A DNA stretch of 64,000 bases. Source: Longimicrobiales bacterium. GTDB taxonomy: Bacteria > Gemmatimonadota > Gemmatimonadetes > Longimicrobiales > Gaopeijiaceae. The notes beneath the pieces were generated by a model, which made no database searches, was not told where the DNA came from, and worked only from the letters and a program-made list of their open reading frames with translations. The translations under genes were made by a program, and so were the position numbers. Where the stretch lies: positions 288,001 to 352,000 of the forward strand of contig OZ252251.1 of NCBI GenBank assembly GCA_965249725.1. The letters run 5' to 3'. How positions within the stretch are numbered: position 1 is the stretch's first letter; the number at the start of each line of letters is the position of its first letter. Positions 60,249 through 64,000 of this stretch are shown here, one piece after another.

Positions 60249-61724
60249 GTGACCGTCATCATCGCGGTACTCGTCGTCTACCTGCTCGTCCTCCTGGCCC
60301 TCGGGGCGTGGGGGAGCCGGTCGTCGGGGAGTGTCGCCGGGTACTACGTAGCCGAGAAGCAGCTTCCCTCCTGGGTCATCGCCTTCAGCTCTACGTCCAC
60401 GGGTGAGAGTGCCTGGCTGCTGCTGGGGCTCACGGGCATGGGGTACGCCGTCGGGTTCCACGCCTTCTGGGTCGTACTCGGCGAGTTCCTCGGTGTCCTC
60501 ATCGCATGGAAGTACGTGGCCCGGCCGTTCAAGGAATACACCGACCGGTACCACTCCATCACGGTTCCGGACTACCTGGAGTCCCGGTTCCACGATGTCG
60601 GCCATGTCATGCGAGTGATCAGCATGGTCATCATCGTGAGCATGGTCACGGCGTATACCGCGGCTCAACTCACGGCCTCGGGCAAGGCCTTCGGGTCGTT
60701 CCTGGGCACCAGCTATTCGATGGGCGTCTGGATCGGGGCCGCGGTCATCCTCTACTACACGTCTGTGGGTGGCTTCAAGGCGGTGGCCTACAGCGACCTT
60801 CTCCAGGGCGTCCTGATGCTCATCTGCCTGGCCGTACTCCCGATCGTGGGCATCGCGGCGGTGGGCGGTTGGCCACAGATGATCGCGGGCCTGCGTGCGG
60901 AAGATGCAAACCTCCTGGGCCTCATGGGGGCAAACGGTCTGAGCGTTCGTGGCTTCGCCGACGTGGCCGGGTTCATCGCGATCGGCCTGGCCTTCATGGG
61001 AGCGCCTCAGCTTCTCACGCGCTTCATTGCCGCTCGGAGTCATCGAGACATCGTCCACGGCGGGAGGATCGCCGTGTTCGTGATCCTGATCTTCGACATC
61101 GGGGCGGTTCTGGGGGGGATGGCCGGCCGGGTGCTGTTCCCGGGGCTCCTGGATCAAGAGACGATCCTTCCCGTGATGAGCAGCGAGCTGTTCCCGGCGC
61201 TGTTCACCGGGATCTTCCTGGTGGTGGTCCTCGCCGCCATCATGTCTACGGTGGACTCTCTGCTGATTCTCGCGTCTTCGGCGGTCGTGCGGGATATCAT
61301 TCAACAGATCTTCCACCCCGACGTCACGGAACGGCAGCTCTCCCTCTACGGGAAGGGAGTCACGGTGGTCATCGGAGCGGTGGCGCTCGCGGCGGCGCTC
61401 ACCGAGGCCCGCGCGATCTTCTGGTTCATACTCTTCGCTTGGTCGGGTCTGGCGAGCGCGTTCACACCGGTGGTTCTGTCTTCTCTGTTCTGGAAGAGGA
61501 CGACACGTGCAGGTGCCATCGCGGGCATGGTGGGGGGCTTCTTGGCTGCGGTGCTCTGGGTTCTGTTGTTCAAGGAGCGGTTCTACGAGCTGTACGAGAT
61601 GATCCCCGGCTTCGTGGTGGGATTCGCCTTGACGATCGGGGTCAGCCTCTCCACGTCGGCCCCAGAAGACGCCGCTGAACAGATGGATGCCGTTCGGGAT
61701 GCGGTTCGGGTGCCTACCTCGTAG
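60249..61724 (+). CDS. sodium:solute symporter (PutP-like)
   Basis: ESAWLLLGLTG, ITVPDYLESRF, GGFKAVAYSD, LAAIMSTVDS and AWSGLASAF, with about 13 TM helices. Confidence 0.93.
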   Translation: MTVIIAVLVVYLLVLLALGAWGSRSSGSVAGYYVAEKQLPSWVIAFSSTSTGESAWLLLGLTGMGYAVGFHAFWVVLGEFLGVLIAWKYVARPFKEYTDRYHSITVPDYLESRFHDVGHVMRVISMVIIVSMVTAYTAAQLTASGKAFGSFLGTSYSMGVWIGAAVILYYTSVGGFKAVAYSDLLQGVLMLICLAVLPIVGIAAVGGWPQMIAGLRAEDANLLGLMGANGLSVRGFADVAGFIAIGLAFMGAPQLLTRFIAARSHRDIVHGGRIAVFVILIFDIGAVLGGMAGRVLFPGLLDQETILPVMSSELFPALFTGIFLVVVLAAIMSTVDSLLILASSAVVRDIIQQIFHPDVTERQLSLYGKGVTVVIGAVALAAALTEARAIFWFILFAWSGLASAFTPVVLSSLFWKRTTRAGAIAGMVGGFLAAVLWVLLFKERFYELYEMIPGFVVGFALTIGVSLSTSAPEDAAEQMDAVRDAVRVPTS

Positions 61725-61782
61725 AGGCACCTGCCTCGACCTAGAGGTGCCTACCTCGTAGAGGCACCTGCCTCTGCCTAGA
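61709..61782. repeat. 37-bp tandem duplication with internal hairpins, spanning the symporter stop codon
   Basis: ggtgcctacctcgtagaggcacctgcctcGAcctaga followed by ggtgcctacctcgtagaggcacctgcctcTGcctaga. Confidence 0.9.
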
Positions 61783-61804
61783 GGCCTGACGATTACTGCG
61801 GCTC

Positions 61805-62992
61805 CTAGCTAGCGGCTCCTCCACCCAGCAGATCTTCGATTTCGGCCGGACCGTATCCGAGCTCTGTCAGGACCTCACGCGTGTACTCTCCCGCCCGAGG
61901 GGGCGTACTCCGCGTCGCGGGGCGCTCATCGTCCCAGCGAACGGGCATCGCCACGTCTCGATAGTCCGTGAGTTCCGGATGATCGACTTCGGGGAGCATA
62001 CCGGACGCGTCGACCTGCGCATCCTCGGTGACCGCTTTCATGTCCTGAATCGGAGCGGCGGGGACGGAGTGCTGCCCCATGAGTTCCCAGAGCTCCAGGG
62101 TGGAATGCCTTCGCGTCGCCTCGGCGAGCAGTTCATCGAGCGCGTCGCGCCCTGCAACCCGGGCCGGATTCGTCTCGAAGCGTGGGTCACGCGCGACTTC
62201 CGGAAGCTCGAGCGCCTCACACAGCCTGTCGAAGAGAACGTCGTTCCCCGCGGCGATCATCAATTGCCCGTCACTCGTGGGGAACGCGCCGTAGGGCGCG
62301 ATCATTCCGAAGCGAGACCCCATGGGGCCGGGCACGGTGCCGTCGGCCAGGTATCCCATGAGGTGATACGAGACCCAACCGAGGGCCGTATCGAGCAACG
62401 CCGTCGTCACGTGGCAGCCCTCCCCCGTCTCGCTGCGCTTGTGCAAAGCCGACAGGACGCCCACCGCTCCCCACATGCCCGTGCCGTAGTCCACGACCGA
62501 ACCCCCTATGCGTGCCGGACCGGTTTCAGGGTGACCGGTGACGGACATGATGCCGCTGTACGCCTGCATGAGCGGGTCGTATCCGGGCAGGTCCTTGAGG
62601 GGCCCGTTCGGCCCGTAGGCGGTCACGGACACGTAGATGATCCCGGGTCGCCTCGCTTTCACGGACTCGTAGTCCAGACCGAGCTTCTCGACGACACCGC
62701 CTCGGAGGGACTGCACGAACACGTCGGCCTGCTCGATGAGCCTCCACGCTACCTCCCGTCCGGCGTCGCTTTTCAGATCCAGACGAATACTCCGCTTGTT
62801 GCGGTTGGCGCTCAGGAACAGCGGACTCTCACCGCCCCAGAACGGTGGACCCCAGGCTCTGGCGGAGTCTCCGTTGGGAGGCTCGATCTTCACGACCTCC
62901 GCTCCGAGGTCGCCGAGGATCTGCGTGCAGTACGGGCCCGCGAGATTCTGCGTGAGATCCACGACTCGAAGGCCCACGAGATGATCGGTCAC
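61805..62992 (-). CDS. CaiB/BaiF family III CoA-transferase
   Basis: LRVVDLTQNLAGPYC, GDLGAEVVKIEPP, NRNKRSI, GYDPLMQAYSG and VVDYGTG. GTG at 62992 overlaps the upstream stop. Confidence 0.93.
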   Translation of the reverse strand: MTDHLVGLRVVDLTQNLAGPYCTQILGDLGAEVVKIEPPNGDSARAWGPPFWGGESPLFLSANRNKRSIRLDLKSDAGREVAWRLIEQADVFVQSLRGGVVEKLGLDYESVKARRPGIIYVSVTAYGPNGPLKDLPGYDPLMQAYSGIMSVTGHPETGPARIGGSVVDYGTGMWGAVGVLSALHKRSETGEGCHVTTALLDTALGWVSYHLMGYLADGTVPGPMGSRFGMIAPYGAFPTSDGQLMIAAGNDVLFDRLCEALELPEVARDPRFETNPARVAGRDALDELLAEATRRHSTLELWELMGQHSVPAAPIQDMKAVTEDAQVDASGMLPEVDHPELTDYRDVAMPVRWDDERPATRSTPPRAGEYTREVLTELGYGPAEIEDLLGGGAAS

Positions 62993-64000
62993 GCCGGCAC
63001 GCTTCGTTTGCTTCGGCGGCGCCGACGAATGGATCCATGCTCGAGCCACTGCTTGGGGGTGGCGGTCCGCTTCATCTCTTTCGGTCGGAGTTCGAACCAG
63101 CGCGCCACCAACAGGATCTCCGCCGCATCGTGTGGTCGCAGCGCCGCGGGACCGCGATCGGCGCTCCGGTAGATCTCCTCCACGGCCTTCGACACACGGA
63201 TGCGATCCCGCGCGGACTTGGGATACACGTAATCGCGCTGAATGCGGCCCCGGCGGATCAGATAGAGGCGATCGTCCCCCGCGAAGCCCGTCACTCTATA
63301 GAGGAACGTCAGGCTCTCCACACGTCCTCGGAACGCGGCCAGTCGGTCTTGGAAGGCCTGGAGCCGTTCGATGCGATCCCGGAGGACTCCCGCATACTCG
63401 AAGTCGAGGCGGTCCACGGCCTCTTCCATGCGACGTTCGAGACCGACCAAGGGCTCTCGGGTCCGACCCTCGAGGAACCGGCGTACCACGTCGACCTGCC
63501 TCTGATAGGCGTCTCCGGTACTACCACCGCAACACGGAGCGAGACACGTGCCCAACTCCGCTCTCATGCACAACGGAGTGCGTCTGCCCTTGAAGATCTC
63601 CAGTTGGTCGTCGAAGAACACCGGGGTGGGCCCGGGGCAGTCCCTCAACCCCACGGCGTGCGCGAGTTCACGCACCGTGCTCCCCACCTGTCCCACGGCC
63701 GGAAACGGCCCGAAGTAGATGGATCCGTCCGCGATGACCCTGGTCACGGGTAGGACGCGAGGGGCCAACTCGCGGGTCAGCTTCACGAACGCATACGCAC
63801 GTTTGCGTTTGTGCTGGACGTTGAAGCGGGGTTGCCACCGCTGAATGAGCTTCATCTCCCGTACCAGGGCCGAGAACTCGTTGGGGATGTACTCCCACCG
63901 GATCCGGCCGGTCTCGCGGATCAGATTGGCGGCCTTGTCGCCCGCCGGTGCCCGAAAGTAGGAGAGCAGGCGGGTCCTGACCCGGACCGACTTTCCCACA
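62989..64000 (-). CDS. UvrC-like GIY-YIG nuclease with UVR coiled coil, 5'-truncated by window edge
   Basis: VGKSVRVRTRLLSYF, ALVREMKLIQRWQPRFN, YFGPF, Cys cluster C...CMRAELGTCLAPC, and UVR motif MEEAVDRLDFEYAGVLRDRI. Confidence 0.85.
   Translation of the reverse strand, partial: VGKSVRVRTRLLSYFRAPAGDKAANLIRETGRIRWEYIPNEFSALVREMKLIQRWQPRFNVQHKRKRAYAFVKLTRELAPRVLPVTRVIADGSIYFGPFPAVGQVGSTVRELAHAVGLRDCPGPTPVFFDDQLEIFKGRRTPLCMRAELGTCLAPCCGGSTGDAYQRQVDVVRRFLEGRTREPLVGLERRMEEAVDRLDFEYAGVLRDRIERLQAFQDRLAAFRGRVESLTFLYRVTGFAGDDRLYLIRRGRIQRDYVYPKSARDRIRVSKAVEEIYRSADRGPAALRPHDAAEILLVARWFELRPKEMKRTATPKQWLEHGSIRRRRRSKRSVPA

Overview
GC-rich chromosomal segment made mostly of core and metabolic genes. 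The gene complement suggests Gemmatimonadota, but this is inference and was not checked by search. No rRNA, tRNA, CRISPR array, prophage or transposase was seen. In order, the window holds: a 5'-truncated N-acyl-D-amino-acid deacylase coupled to orphan luxE- and luxC-like genes; an AbrB-type regulator; a NatAB/YhaQP-type ABC exporter; a moxR-DUF58-transglutaminase operon; an alternative complex III operon (actABCDEF) whose ActB keeps an N-terminal 4-Cys FS0 motif; a GAF-GAF-GGDEF gene; an acyl-CoA dehydrogenase-tatA-trmJ run; gcvH-gcvP, a metallo-hydrolase and a LipM-like ligase; a dpp/opp peptide ABC operon interrupted by a 222-bp highly structured MITE-like element flanked by CTAG; an orphan exbB/motA gene; an Slt-type lytic transglycosylase; csp; a DUF4097 gene; polA; ssb; two outer-membrane beta-barrel genes around a sigma-70 gene; maeB-pckA; a YtrA-type GntR/ABC operon ending in two uncharacterised Cys-containing membrane-anchored proteins; an EVE protein; a His-rich dihaem cytochrome c-TPR protein; an mmsA-aminotransferase-symporter module; a CoA transferase; and a short UvrC-like nuclease. 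Three genes (moxR, GGDEF, dppA) carry single small frameshifts, most simply explained as consensus errors. The best leads are the deacylase-luxEC operon, the FS0-bearing ACIII with no linked oxidase, the Ytr-like operon with a putative pseudo-peptidase pair, and the structured MITE.
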